Position numbers and translations under genes: made by a program
Assembly: GCA_032718475.1 (NCBI GenBank)
Contig: JAUCBJ010000073.1
Span: 1 to 64,000, forward strand
Source of the DNA: Nemertoderma westbladi
Taxonomy: Eukaryota > Animalia > Xenacoelomorpha
Length of the DNA stretch: 64,000 nucleotides
Direction: 5' to 3'
The notes under the pieces: model-generated
What the model was told of the DNA's origin: nothing
The model's input: only the letters and a program-made list of their open reading frames with translations
Databases searched by the model: none
Shown: positions 38,402 to 52,804 of the stretch, piece by piece
Layout: the number at the start of each line of letters is the position of its first letter
Numbering within the stretch: position 1 is the first letter of the stretch

Positions 38402-39819
38402 GTATGTTTATAGTTTAATAAATTGTATTTTTATTTATTTAGTTTTATAGGCCTACTGTATCATTCGCTAGGTGTAATTTATAATCAGAGTTCAAGTTGT
38501 TGTGTTGTTATTATCAGTTATCCGCAAAATATTTCTTGTTGGGCATATTTTTTCACATTATTTGGGTTTTATGCAGCAGCATGAACTAAATATAGCGCGA
38601 GGCCGATCTACATTATTATTCTGTATTTAAGTTGAGTGTAACACGGCCTTGTGATGTCAGTGAACCAAACCCAGTTCCTATATAGAATGATGTATGGGAT
38701 ATAGAAAGAAGGTTTGGTCGAGAATTCGTATTGTTTGTATTTAGGCAGTTATTCATTGATTGTCCTACTACCCAACTACTTCACCCAATGGGTTTATAGT
38801 ACCGGTGATTCGATTGCTGCCCTCCGGCTCCTTTATATTCTGTCCACTGACTCCCATTGATGAGATGAACCGCTCTGCCCTCGCCTTCTCTCTATCCGTT
38901 ACCAGTGAATCCGTCTGATATCATCCGTGTCACTAACTCGGATGGGCCGAGGTTGGGACCCCGTCGCTTGCGTTCGTCGCGTCGCGACTAGCTGACTCAA
39001 CGTGTCGGTACCCGCGGGTTAGACCTCCGGGGATGCCCGATGATTTTAATTCGAAGAACTCCGCCCAACATTATATTCTCATTGTAATTTGGTTCAATGA
39101 ATCCGCACATTTGTATTGATGAATGTTAACGGTGGATAAAGTTACACCCACAGACAGATAAAATCCATAAGCTTTGTGTTCTTCAGGTAGCAGTCACAAA
39201 CCCTTGTATCCTTGTATACATTGCCGAAACACGCGTAATAATAGAGTATAGTTATCTTTTTTGATGTCTATCTTGTTTCGAGCGCACCACTTATTCCTAT
39301 AATTTGGTTGTAGTTATATATTTTATATCGCCCGACACTGCTATATCAATCATAGTCGGATGCCACTGACTTATAGTAATTGTTGTATATAATTTTATTT
39401 AGTGTTAGTTCAGTTACCAAAACACATCAACACCCTGCAGGCACTAAGTATGAGAGTTTCCGGCCACTAACACCATGAAACTAATCAGCCCGCCCCTGCT
39501 CTTGTCCTTGACAGCTGATTGGCGAGAGGAACGTGATGGAGAGCCAGTGACATTACCGAAGCGTCTACTGATAGAGTGATAGGCATTGGTATTGATAATG
39601 TAGATGGATTGGGTAGTTAGCAGTGAGTGACATGGCTGATCGCGATGAGTAGAGGTGTTGTGTTAGAGGGGCCGGCTAGCAGGTTGTGGGAGCGTCTTAG
39701 CCTTGGCCTACTTGGCCTTTTCAAAAATTAGGCCCTGGGCTCGGGCTGGTAGGTCAGGACTCATCCCTAATTAATTGAATAATTTATTATTTAATGACGT
39801 AATATTTTACTATACGCAG

Positions 39820-40140
39820 ATATATCTTTTAGAACTGGAGATAGCGTTTCTCAGGGATGAATTGAACTCGAGTTTGGCTATAAAACGCGATATAGTAGCC
39901 GAAGCTGGTATTATAGTTGAAGATCTACAAAATAAAAGCGATAAGCTGGATTACCTAACTGATCGTCATATGTTAAAGCAATCGAGTAGCAGTGATGGTC
40001 TATCACACATGTGGACCAACGTTGATATTCGATATCCACAGAGATTGCGTGACGCACCTGGTAGCAGTAGGAGTTTAGTTGATGGTTTCTCAACTCAAAG
40101 GGACAATAATTCACCTGATAGCTTAGATGAAACTCAGTAG
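39820..40140 (+). CDS. Exon 2 (terminal) of the same protein, 172 aa in total
   Basis: ACGCAG|ATA acceptor; open to TAG at 40140; AATAAA at about 40187. Confidence 0.65.
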   Translation: MYLLELEIAFLRDELNSSLAIKRDIVAEAGIIVEDLQNKSDKLDYLTDRHMLKQSSSSDGLSHMWTNVDIRYPQRLRDAPGSSRSLVDGFSTQRDNNSPDSLDETQ

Positions 40141-40420
40141 TTATGAATTAGGCGACATTTATGTTTACTTGTTTTTCATACTTCTAAATAAATATTAAAC
40201 ACATTTTAATTTCGAATTTCCCAAAAACTGAAATACACGTTGTTTGAATCCCCCTGACAACCCACCCACCCCCCCCCCCCCCCCCCCCCCTCCCCTCCCG
40301 CCTGTATCATTGTCAAGGCCCACATGGCAGCTTTGACAACACTAGCACCCGCTATTGTCAACTCCTGTCAGTGCACATAAAGTGGAAGGGAAACAAATAA
40401 AAATAAAATAATAAATACCA

Positions 40421-40945
40421 ATATACACCATAACCAGTAATATAGTGTCATTTTCTGAGGTCAAAAGAGAAATAGGCGTTCAAAGATTACATAAATTATC
40501 GTTCGCTGAAGGCCATTTATTATATTCAATAAAATAATACACAATGTTCTGGAACACTCTGTTAATGTATGACTAGCTAAGCAATAACTACTCATAAAAT
40601 AAATAACACGTTCAAGAATTTTGTGTATTTATTAAATAGAATAAATGGCCTGCATCGAACAATAATTCTTGCAAATCTTTGAACGCCTATATCTCAGCTG
40701 TTTCTCAACTAAATTCAGATATTGTTACATATTTCACAAAAGACACTTTTTTAAAACGCTGACAAAAAATTTCAAAGCAAAATCGGAAATTCCGGTTTCA
40801 TGGCAACAACCACGGTGAGTTGAACTAGTTGTGTTTCAAATTTAAAGCAATTTGATTAAGATTTGTAGAAAAATTTTTTTTTGGGGGGGGGGGGGGGGTC
40901 CGTGTCATCAGAAAATGACACTATATTACGGGTCATGGTGTATAT
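40421..40945. mobile_element. Foldback/MITE with terminal and internal inverted repeats
   Basis: ATATACACCATAACCAGTAATATAGTGTCATTTTCTGA / TCAGAAAATGACACTATATTACGGGTCATGGTGTATAT; internal inverted pair GGCGTTCAAAGATT / AATCTTTGAACGCC; related to 60298-61218. Confidence 0.8.
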
Positions 40946-41050
40946 CAATATTATAACAAAATAAAATTCTCTAAAATGCTTAACTCATCGCTTCCTTTCT
41001 AAACTATTGAATGAAATAGATAAATAAACCCAACTAAAATCATACAAACT

Positions 41051-44000
41051 ACTAGAAAGCCTGTGGCCTTTGGCCACAGCTTTCTAGTACACAAACTTGT
41101 TCAACAATTCAAACATAAATTTAATTTTTTAGTTACTGTAACTTAAAAGGAAATGTCACAAAACACAGTTTTCACTCAAACAAAGGCAGCTTTACCTGGC
41201 AGGTGACTACTAACTAGGGCTTATACCGGTACTGTGTAGCAGTAGGGCTTATACTGTGTAGCAGTAGGGCTTATACTGTGTAGCAGTAGGGCTTATACTG
41301 TGTAGCGGTAGGGCTTATACTGTGTAGCGGTAGGGCTTATACTGTGTAGCGGTAGGGCTTATACTGTGTAGCAGTAGGGCTTATACTGTGTAGCAGTAGG
41401 GCTTATACTGTGTAGCGGTAGGGCTTATACTGTGTAGCGGTAGGGCTTATACTGTGTAGCAGTAGGGCTTATACTGTGTAGCAGTAGGGCTTATACTGTG
41501 TAGCGGTAGGGCTTATACTGTGTAGCGGTAGGGCTTATACTGTGTAGCGGTAGGGCTTATACTGTGTAGCGGTAGGGCTTATACTGTGTAGCAGTAGGGC
41601 TTATACTGTGTAGCGGTAGGGCTTATACTGTGTAGCGGTAGGGCTTATACTGTGTAGCGGTAGGGCTTATACTGTGTAGCGGTAGGGCTTATACTGTGTA
41701 GCAGTAGGGCTTATACTGTGTAGCGGTAGGGCTTATACTGTGTAGCGGTAGGGCTTATACTGTGTAGCGGTAGGGCTTATACTGTGTAGCGGTAGTGCTT
41801 ATACTGTGTAGCGGTAGGGCTTATACTGGTAGCGGTAGGGCTTATACTGGTAGCGGTAGGGCTTATACTGTGTAGCGGGTAGGGGCTTATACTGTGTAGC
41901 GGTAGGGCTTATACTGTGTAGCGGTTGGGCTTATGCTGTGTAGCAGTAGGGCTTATACTGTGTAGCAGTAGGGCTTATACTGTGTAGCGGTAGGGCTTAT
42001 ACTGTGTAGCGGTAGGGCTTATACTGTGTAGCGGTAGGGCTTATACTGTGTAGCGGTAGGGCTTATACTGTGTAGTGGTAGGGCTTATACTGTGTAGCGG
42101 TAGGGCTTATACTGTGTAGCGGTAGGGCTTATACTGTGTAGCGGTAGGGCTTATACTGTGTAGCGGTAGGGCTTATACTGTGTAGCGGTAGGGCTTATAC
42201 TGTGTAGCGGTAGGGCTTATACTGTGTAGCGGTAGGGCTTATACTGTGTAGCGGTAGGGCTTATACTGTATAGCAGTAGGGCTTATACTGTGTAGCGGTA
42301 GGGCTTATACTGTGTAGCGGTAGGGCTTATACTGTGTAGTGGTAGGGCTTATACTGTGTAGCGGTAGAGCTTATACTGTGTAGCGGTAGGGCTTATACTG
42401 TGTAGCGGTAGGGCTTATACTGTGTAGCGGTAGGGCTTATACTGGTAGCAGTAGGGCTTATACTGGTAGCGGTAGGGCTTATACTGGTAGCAGTAGGGCT
42501 TATACTGTGTAGCAGTAGGGCTTATACTGTGTAGCGGTAGGGCTTATACTGGTAGCGGTAGGGCTTATACTGGTAGCAGTAGAGCTTATACTGGTAGCGG
42601 TAGGGCTTATACTGTGTAGCAGTAGGGCTTATACTGTGTAGCGGTAGGGCTTATACTGGTAGCGGTAGGGCTTATACTGGTAGCAGTAGGGCTTATACTG
42701 GTAGCAGTAGGGCTTATACTGTGTAGTGGTAGGGCTTATACTGTGTAGCGGTAGGGCTTATACTGTGTAGCGGTAGGGCTTATACTGTGTAGCGGTAGGG
42801 CTTATACTGTGTAGCGGTAGGGCTTATACTGTGTAGCGGTAGGGCTTATACTGTGTAGCAGTAGGGCTTATACTGTGTAGCAGTAGGGCTTATACTGTGT
42901 AGCGGTAGGGCTTATACTGTGTAGCGGTAGGGCTTATACTGTGTAGCGGTAGGGCTTATACTGTGTAGCGGTAGGGCTTATACTGTGTAGCGGTAGGGCT
43001 TATACTGTGTAGCAGTGGGGCTTATACTGTGTAGCGGTAGGGCTTATACTGTGTAGCGGTAGGGCTTATACTGTGTAGCGGTAGGGCTTATACTGTGTAG
43101 CGGTAGGGCTTATACTGTGTAGCGGTAGGGCTTATACTGTGTAGCGGTAGGGCTTATACTGTGTAGCGGTAGGGCTTATACTGTGTAGCAGTAGGGCTTA
43201 TACTGTGTAGCGGTAGGGCTTATACTGTGTAGCAGTAGGGCTTATACTGTGTAGCGGTAGGGCTTATACTGTGTAGCGGTAGGGCTTATACTGTGTAGCG
43301 GTAGGGCTTATACTGTGTAGCGGTAGGGCTTATACTGTGTAGCAGTAGGGCTTATACTGGTAGCGGTAGGGCTTATACTGTGTAGTGGTAGGGCTTATAC
43401 TGTGTAGCGGTAGGGCTTATACTGTGTAGCGGTAGGGCTTATACTGTGTAGCGGTAGTACTTATACTGTGTAGCGGTAGGGCTTATACTGTGTAGCGGTA
43501 GGGCTTATACTGTGTAGCGGTAGGGCTTATACTGTGTAGCGGTAGGGCTTATACTGTGTAGCGGTAGGGCTTATACTGTGTAGCGGTAGGGCTTATACTG
43601 TGTAGCGGTAGGGCTTATACTGGTAGCAGTAGGGCTTATACTGGTAGCAGTAGGGCTTATACTGGTAGCAGTAGGGCTTATACTGTGTAGCGGTAGGGCT
43701 TATACTGTGTAGGGGTAGGGCTTATACTGTGTAGCGGTAGGGCTTATACTGTGTAGCGGTAGGGCTTATACTGTGTAGCGGTAGGGCTTATACTGTGTAG
43801 CGGTAGGGCTTATACTGTGTAGCGGTAGGGCTTATACTGTGTAGCGGTAGGGCTTATACTGTGTAGCGGTAGGGCTTATACTGTGTAGCGGTAGGGCTTA
43901 TACTGTGTAGCGGTAGGGCTTATACTGTGTAGCGGTAGGGCTTATACTGTGTAGCGGTAGGGCTTATACTGTGTAGCGGTAGGGCTTATACTGTGTAGCA

Positions 44001-44810
44001 GTGGGGCTTATACTGTGTAGCGGTAGGGCTTATACTGTGTAGCGGTAGGGCTTATACTGTGTAGCGGTAGGGCTTATACTGTGTAGCGGTAGGGCTTATA
44101 CTGTGTAGCGGTAGGGCTTATACTGGTAGCGGTAGGGCTTATACTGGTAGTGGTAGGGCTTATACTGTGTAGCAGTAGGGCTTATACTGTGTAGCAGTAG
44201 GGCTTATACTGTGTAGCGGTAGGGCTTATACTGTGTAGCGGTAGGGCTTATACTGTGTAGCGGTAGGGCTTATACTGGTAGCGGTAGGGCTTATACTGGT
44301 AGCGGTAGGGCTTATACTGTGTAGCGGTAGGGCTTATACTGTGTAGCGGTAGGGCTTATACTGTGTAGCGGTAGGGCTTATACTGTGTAGCGGTTATCTG
44401 CCAAAGCAAATCCAAAAAGGTTATGAGCAACAAAATTGGACATGGATTTAATTTCAAACATTTCTTTCACTTTCACGTATTTCGCCCCCTTGTGGCAGAC
44501 TTGAGAACTGCAGACTGATCAGCGCCCTCGCAGCCTTTGGTGTAGTAGACCTCTGCCAAGTATCAGCTAAAAAGCATTATAAATAACAAAATGGGAGAAA
44601 TTTTCACTTTCTGACATTTCACCCTCTAGCGGTAGACTGGAGAACTGCAGAAGAGTCTGTGTCTTCCCAAACACGCAGCCTGTGATCAGGTCCATATCTG
44701 CAAAGTGTCAGTTAGAACAGGCTGAGTCTGTAGGGGCAACTACTCTTTATACAGTTTCCTGCCTGCTGACCAGAAATTTTGCCCAAATCGTCTACAGAAT
44801 AGAATAGCCC
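41051..44810. mobile_element. Probable non-autonomous Helentron-like element carrying a central tandem array
   Basis: Terminal hairpin ACTAGAAAGCCTGTGGCC-TTT-GGCCACAGCTTTCTAGT at 41051-41088, central 22-bp array and repeat-like distal flank; the right boundary is approximate. Confidence 0.4.
41215..44394. repeat. 22-bp satellite (GGGCTTATACTGTGTAGCGGTA)n, about 145 copies
   Basis: Directly visible; A/G variant and 20-bp deletion variant. Confidence 0.98.
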
Positions 44811-46175
44811 AATTTGACCACAAATACGCATTCACACATAAAATGACGCATACAAGATAACGGTAGTTCGCGTTCAGGTGCTCGGGACGACCTACTTCAC
44901 ATAGATGCGCAAGATATAGTCAAGACCCAACGTGTGAGTGAAAGACTGAACTGCGAGGCCTATTTGTACTGCAAAAATCTAAGTAAAACATTTAAAAATA
45001 TACGGTAAATTTTGCGACCATACCGAGTTCGGGTTGGAATTTGTTTAGTTGCATTGTTAGACGGTTTGGCCCAACTACAATTAATTAAATCTGTTAACGC
45101 AACCCGAATGAACTAAGTTGGGGGACAAACTATTTGGAGTAAACCTATTGTGTAGGATCCGTCTACCGGCCCTGCGTGCTCAGGTAATATGCGCTGCGCA
45201 TATACACCGCCACGTGCCTACAAGGAGACACTATGAATCCTGTGAGCGCTGAGGATGACCCCACGACCCAACCCTAGTGTCAGCCGTTCGTTATCTACGC
45301 ATTCCGTTCATACTACCTCTCTTTGTCTCCCATAGGAGGGATGGATTGTTCATCGCACCACTCCCAACATGACTGCCGACACCGTGCCCTCTCTCTCTCT
45401 CTCGTCCCTATAATAGTCCAGGTAGGCCCTTCATTGTGCCAAGTTTAACGGTTTAAACATTATCTAGACTATTATTATAACGGTATATACATCGCAATAA
45501 TATGTTTGTTATTGGGATAATTTAAATTTGGGTATATTTTCCCATTGAGTTCGGTGAAATGATTTAAAATTTAATTTATTTAACGGCCCATGGTGTTTCT
45601 GCTGTACTACAGTAAGACATCTCAAAGAGTCTAATTCAGAGAGAAAGGAGAATTTCAATTCAGACGTATTTACTAAACTGTTTGTAAGGTTAGTTTTGAG
45701 TTCATTATTTTAATAATTTGCCTGCTTGCAAATAACAAGTTTCATCGTTGTATGAAAAGTAGCACTTTTCATCATCTTTTACGTATTTTATGTACCAAGT
45801 GAGCGCAATGAGAGAGGTTTACACAAGTACACATGGAACAAGTGTTGCGCTTTTCATACACTAATGTAGATGAACTTCGGCGTTTTGAAAGCAAAATTAA
45901 TCACATTTATATTGCGAACTTAGCGACCTTATTTTTGAGGAGAATCAACAGACAGTATTTTTCTGTACCCAACTAACATGCAATTAGGCCAAAGATTATT
46001 GTTGATATGCTATTTTTTTAGTGACGATTATTTGGAACATTACCATTAAATTCTTTCATATTGTAACGTTTGTAATGGATTGTAGTTTCTATAACAACCG
46101 TATGGTAGAGTGTAAACGCTACGCCGACAAATCACAACGGTTTTGGGTCGAATGTCCGAATGAGACGAAGGATAT

Positions 46176-46590
46176 TGTTACATTATGAACCTGTTGCATT
46201 ATGAACCTGTTACATTATGAACCTGTTGCATTATGAACCTGTTGCATTATGAACCTGTTACATTATGAACCTGTTGCATTATGAACCTGTTGCATTATGA
46301 ACCTGTTGCATTATGAACCTGTTGCATTATGAACCTGTTGCATTATGAACCTGTTGCATTACGAACCTGTTGCATTATGAACCTGTTGCATTATGAACCT
46401 GTTGCATTATGAACCTGTTGCATTACGAACCTGTTACATTATGAACCTGTTGCATTACGAACCTGTTGCATTATGAACCTGTTGCATTATGAACCTGTTG
46501 CATTATGAACCTGTTGCATTATGAACCTGTTGCATTATGAACCTGTTGCATTATGAACCTGTTGCATTACGAACCTGTTACATTATGAAC
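46176..46590. repeat. 16-bp minisatellite (CATTATGAACCTGTTG)n, about 25 copies
   Basis: Directly visible. Confidence 0.97.
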
Positions 46591-46688
46591 TGTATTAAGT
46601 GTTCTTGACTCTCACTTATTGCTTTCGTTAGGATATCAGTGTGTTCCCTTCCTTCGCCCTTAATAATTGATAATTAACATTAATAATA

Positions 46689-46958
46689 GTTGTGGGGCGA
46701 GCCATGAAGTCTAGGTGATCCTTTACGTAGCGGTATAATTTGTGGACCGTCTGTCGCGAATGTAAGAAAGTCTATCAAGCATTGATGAAATGAACCAAAC
46801 TTGGTACAAATGTCGTCTATCAAAGGTCTACACACTCATACAGTTCCTCTGTCGGTCGCTAGGTGGCGAATGACTTATTCTACGAATGTCCACTAATTGT
46901 ACCACCCACTACACAAAGGCTAGACATAGTGCTGCGCGAAGCTCCCACGAACTTGTTT
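46689..46958 (+). mobile_element. Short Helentron/HINE-like non-autonomous element
   Basis: Begins TTGTGGGGCGAGCCATGAAGT, as at 55500; shares TTGATGAAAT..CCAAACTTGGTACA; ends GCTCCCACGAACTTGTT, which is partly inverted relative to the start. Confidence 0.55.
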
Positions 46959-47595
46959 GATTCTATTGTCGATTGTCCTTAAACTACCTTACACTTATCA
47001 AACAATAATGCCTGGCTCCAAGCCGTACTAAACTAGTTTAGAACGCTTAACCAGTCATTATTATGCCATATATGGTTTAGAGCACCTTGGCTGGCTCTTA
47101 TCCATGCTAGAACAATAAAGCATACTTAAGATGTGTTCTAAAAGTTTATTGTTTCTAAATAATTATTAATTCATTTGCACGTAATGTTACAAAAGTGCTC
47201 CTTTGTTGTTATTAAATTATTATAGGGCCAGCTGATTTTGGTTGCTTTAATGTTTATTTCCTTTTTAGTTTTCGAAGAATCGTATACTACAAGTAAATAC
47301 GTAAATCTGGAGCGATCGATCGTAAACATATTGCTATTGGGCTGATCCATGTGAATTAGGTACTGCAGCAACAGTCGACGAGTAAGTTTCCTATTCCGAA
47401 TTAACAAGGTGGGTAGTAGATACCGCACTCATAAATACGAACAGCAAGTCGGTGGCATTCGTGGCAAAGTATCGAAAGAGAACAATCAGCTGAGAGATTC
47501 AGATTCGAATATAGAAACACACAGTCAGACCAAGTCCTTTACTAATGGTTCTCATTCGATAATAGATTTCCACTGACCAGTCTAGCCCCACACTA

Positions 47596-49348
47596 AAGTT
47601 ATATTGTAGGCCTACCCCACACCTAGTTACATGCAGTATAGTAGTGCTGTAAGTTATATTGAACCGCCTACCCCACACCTAGTTACATGCAGTATAGTAG
47701 TGCTGTAAGTTATATTGTACGCCTACCCCATACTTACTTACATGCAGTTTAGTTAGTACTGTAGGTTTTATTGTACGCCTACACCACACTTACTTACATG
47801 CAGTATTAGTAGTAGTACTGTAAGTTATATTGAACCGCCTACCCCACACCTAGTTACATGCAGTGTAGTAGTGCTGTAAGTTATATTGTACGCCTACCCC
47901 ATAGTTACTTACATCAGTAGTAGTAGTAGTAGTAGTAGGTTTTATTGTACGCCTACACCACACTTACTTACATGCAGTATAGTTAGTACTGTAAGTTATA
48001 TTGAACCGCCTACCCCATACTTACTTACATGCAGTATAGTAAGTAGTTCTGTAAGTTGTATTGAACCGCCTACCCCATACTTACTTACATGCAGTATAGT
48101 TAGTACTGTAGGTTATATTGTACGCCTACACCACACTTACTTACATGCAGTATAGTTAGTACTGTAAGTTATATTGAACCGCATACCCCATACTTACTTA
48201 CATGCAGTATATTAACTAGTACTGTAAGTTATATTGAACCGCCTACCCCATACTTACTTACATGCAGTATAGTTAGTACTGTTGGTTATATTGTACGCCT
48301 ACACCACACTTAGTAACATGCAGTATAGTTAGTACTGTAAGTTATATTGAACCGCCTACCCCATACTTACTTACATGCAGTATAGTAAGTAGTACTGTAA
48401 GTTATATTGAACCGCCTACCCCATGCTTACTTACATGCAGTATAGTAAGTAGTACTGTAAGTTATATTGTACGCCTACACCACACTTACTTACATGCAGT
48501 ATAGTAAGTAGTACTGTAAGTTATATTGTACGCCTACACCACACTTACTTACATGCAGTATAGTAAGTAGTACTGTAAGTTATATTGAACCGCCTACCCC
48601 ATACTTACTTACATGCAGTATAGTACGTAGCACTGTAAGTTATATTGTACGCCTACTCCACACTTACTTACATGCAGTATAGTAAGTAGTACTGTAAGTT
48701 ATATTGAACCGCCTACCCCATACTTACTTACATGCAGTATAGTACGTAGCACTGTAAGTTATATTGTACGCCTACACCACAATTACTTACATGCAGAATA
48801 GTAAGTAGTACTGTAAGTTATATTGTACGCCTACACCACACTTACTTACATGCAGTATAAGTACTGTAGGTTATATTGTACGCCTACACCACACACTTAC
48901 ATGCAGTATAGTTAGTACTGTAAGTTATATTTAACCGCCTACCCCATACTTACTTACATGCAGTATAGTAAGTAGTACTGTAAGTTATATTGTACGCCTA
49001 CACCACACTTACTTACATGCAGTATAGTAAGTAGTACTGTAAGTTATATTGTACGCCTACACCACACTTAATTAAATGCAGTATAAGTACTGTAGGTTAT
49101 ATTGTACGCCTACACCACACACTTACATGCAGTATAGTTAGTACTGTAAGTTATATTGAACCGCCTCCCCATACTTTACTTACATGCAGTACAGTAAGTA
49201 GTACTGCAAGTTATATTGTACGCCTACACCACACTTACTTACATGCAGTATAGTAGGAGAACTGTAAGTTATATTGTACGCCTACACCACACTTACTTAC
49301 ATGCAGTATAGGTATTGTAAGTTATATTGTACGCCTACCCCACACCTA
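47596..49348. repeat. ~60-bp satellite, about 29 diverged copies with two subtypes
   Basis: GTACTGTAAGTTATATTG(AAC/TA)CGCCTAC(C/A)CCA(T/C)ACTTACTTACATGCAGTATAGTAAGTA. Confidence 0.95.
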
Positions 49349-52300
49349 GGTTGGATAAATATTTCTCCATTTGACGCAACACCGCCGCGGCCGCTATGAG
49401 GGAGGTGAATACCGCGGCCGCTCCTAAAGCCGCTATCACTATATAGATCACTATATAGGTTAACTTGGGATTCTGGGGGACTTTTCGATGAAGGAACTGA
49501 CCAAATTTTTTTATTTTCTCACCAGGGGAGCGGCTCGGAATTCTAAGATATTAGCAACTCTAACATTATTAAATCTAACCCTTCGACGGACACGGCGGAC
49601 AAAACACCGTCGTTTTTTCGACAATTTTAAAATTTTTTTGAAAGGCGCTCTACAGTGGCTCGAAAAAACCCTAGGTTATTGCTTAGCCGACGCCGGGATA
49701 CGATAGAAGGGATTAATTAGTGAATTCGTTTTTTTTTTCAAAAAAGATTACCACGCCTTTTTTCCGAAAATGTCCGTCAAAGTTGAAAAAACGGACAAAA
49801 TGACTTTGCGGGATCCGCTATAACTCGGCTAATATTAATCGTACGGGGACGAAAGTAACGCGGTTGGAAAGGGGAAGAGTGGTACTACCTTCGTATCGAG
49901 TGGGGGTAAGATATTTATTAAAATTTCGGGTGGAAAAAGGGGCTGTAAATTTGTACGTTTTTGTCCGTCTTTTTTGGAAAACTTATTTCCGAAATGTTTA
50001 ATGTGACAACGCGGGTAGGAATCAACTAATTCTTTTATGAAACTCGTAGAAGACCATTGGGGCTACGTTCCTATCGAATGGGGGTACAAAAAATATGTCG
50101 GCAATAGGGGCCAAAAAGGGCCAGAATTTGTAAAGTAGTTTTTATCGAATAATTTTTTATTTTTAACTTTAGTTGGTTAAGGTACATTCTATACAGTCAA
50201 TATCCATACGGGGAATTCAAATATGCTATCGGTTTTGCTCCAAGGATGATATTAAAAAAATGAGGGCCAAAATTATAATTTCGCGCTTCAAACTCGCTTC
50301 GCGGGAAATCGTCTCGCTCGAAAACTACTTAACTTACGGGAGATTTGTTTACACAGAATTATAGTGCGTTAAATTATCTATCTAACAGCGTTAATCACAG
50401 CGCCGGAGGTATTATAAAACTGGAGCAGCAGGCGATTGTGTGAAATATAATATTTATAAAAAGGGACGAAAAAATGTTTTTTTAACAAATCGCTATTCCA
50501 TTATAATTTAACGTATTGCGCCAAAAGTACCTGTAAAAAGTATCAAATTAACTCCGCTATCTTTTATCTTAACATATATAATTAAAATTACGAATTTTAA
50601 GGGTCGAAAAATATCGCGTTACTTTGGCCCTTTTTTTTAATTTTTTTGGGGCCAAAAATAACCCCTTCTCAAAAGATGAAGAAAAAAATTACGGCAAAGA
50701 ATATACCAATTTTATTGAATTTGGACCACCAGAACCGAAGTTAGAGCGATTTTAGTGAAAAAATAAAAATAATTTTTTTTGCAAAAAAATTAAGAATGGT
50801 CAGGTCAATATTGGATTTCGAACCCGCGAACTTAGGTTTCATTTACGTGATTGATAACCACTAGACTATGTGACCAAGAGAATTTGAAATTTTCGAGTGA
50901 CTATTTTTAAACATCAATAACTTCGGTTCTACTGGGCCGTTTGATCTGAAACTTTTTTCATTGGATAGAGGATAGATTGTAGTGTGTGAAATAGGATACA
51001 ACTTGGGAAAATATTTATGTGCACTTAGTGCAAAATGCACTTAAATAGTGAACATTTTTTCGATATTTCAAACACTATTATTTCCAGTTCTATTCATCGT
51101 AGAATGTTATTTTTTGGATTAAAATGTAGTTTGGAATGATTTCTAACTATAATCGTAACATTTGTTTAACTTTTTATGTCTATAAAGTGACTTAAAATGT
51201 CCATGAATATGGTCCAAAATCGCAAATCCAGATTTATTAAATTGGATTTTTGACACTTTTAGCGACTGACACTTGATCATACACCATCGTAGATCGGTAG
51301 AGGATAAACATAAGTTTGTTAAATAAGAGCCACCATTACGATCTGCTAAAGTGCATTTATACAAATAAGTGTGCAAAAGTGCAATTTTTTTAATAAGTTC
51401 AAATTATATAGTATTGGGTTATTTCTTTGCAGATACTTTATTTTCATATTAATATGTTGTTTGAACCTTACTGAGCGCATTAGGGGATATGCGTACAAAT
51501 AACCGGCCCTTATGAGGCTTCGATTGGGTAAATTAATAAAACATAAGGTTGTATAGTATAATATTCTAAAAACCAGTGTGATATTAAATGCACTTTAAAT
51601 AATAAATAGAAATCAAATAACAATTGGACCACACAATTATAAACTCGCACAATTTTGTACTTATTATATCGCTTCAAATTAATTCAACAGTGGATATTTG
51701 GGGGAAGGGGGAAGTTACAGTGTGCATTCGGGGGAAGTTTGGTGAACTGCATTTATGCAGTGAATCCAAACTTCCCCCTTTGATATATCATATACTTAAG
51801 ACATGCTAGGGTGACGGGGAAATATTTGTTACTGTCACACTTTCCTTCCATTTATCCTATCCTTTATTATTACCCCAGTCAGATAAGAGATAATAAATCA
51901 GTAAAAACTAAACTAAACTGTCTTTCATGCAAACAAATGGGTGAATGACCATGACCATGGAAATAATTTTAAATATAATTGTATATCAACTATTTGGGGA
52001 GGCTTCCAAGTTAAACCCGAAAACAATTATTTTGTTACATAGTAAATAACGTTGTATGTTCTTCTTCCTCTCATAATAAAATATAAATGAAATATCTCAG
52101 ATAGCTATGCCCTGTAACATTTCACAACCAAAATATTTAAGTGTGAAAAGTGTAGGCCTACCACACCACGCCCAAACAACCGCAAACGCATAGCCAACAA
52201 ATTTAACAAAAGGTTACATACATGTTGGGTTCATGACGAGATGAGTGAAAATTGATCGCGTAATATAAAGTAAAAAATTAAGAGACGGGCTGGCTCTCCT

Positions 52301-52804
52301 CCACTTTCTTACCCAATGGATATGTTGTTGTAATAATCTAATATTGGGGCGGCTTTCTCTCGTTACATACAGTATAGTAGGTAATTCCTGTAATAGGGGT
52401 TGTGTTGTTTCAAGGTAATTATTAGCATGTGTACAGTTTGTCTGATTATTTCGTATTTCGTCTAATGGTTGATCATGGTGGGCTTTTTAGTATACATTTT
52501 CAGTAAATTCGTTTATTTCAGTTTGACATGGCCGTTTGACATGGCCGTTTATTACGTTTTTACATGACATTTTTAAATTAAAGTGTAAATTTTGACATGT
52601 AGGACTATGACATTTTGACATATTTGATAAGACATTTTGAGATGTTGGGTATGATATTTTGACCTTTATGACATGGTGGTATTTATTCGTTTGGCCAAAA
52701 TTTCGTCGTGTACTTGATTTTAACATGTAATTTTTAACCTATGAAGTTTTGCATGTATGATATTTGATACATGTTGTCTATGATATTTTGACAGGTAAAA
52801 TAAT

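Noticed and set aside
38688-39069. Solo LTR (TG...CA) inside the intron of the small gene
   Set aside because: The composition is suggestive, but no matching target-site duplication was found.
41215-44394. Telomeric repeat
   Set aside because: Contains TAGGG, but the unit is 22 bp, not TTAGGG-type, and the array is interstitial.
49350-51500. Defined DNA transposon
   Set aside because: Looks like non-autonomous repeat sequence (with a reversed tRNA-like box near 50810-50875), but no TIR pair or TSD could be fixed.
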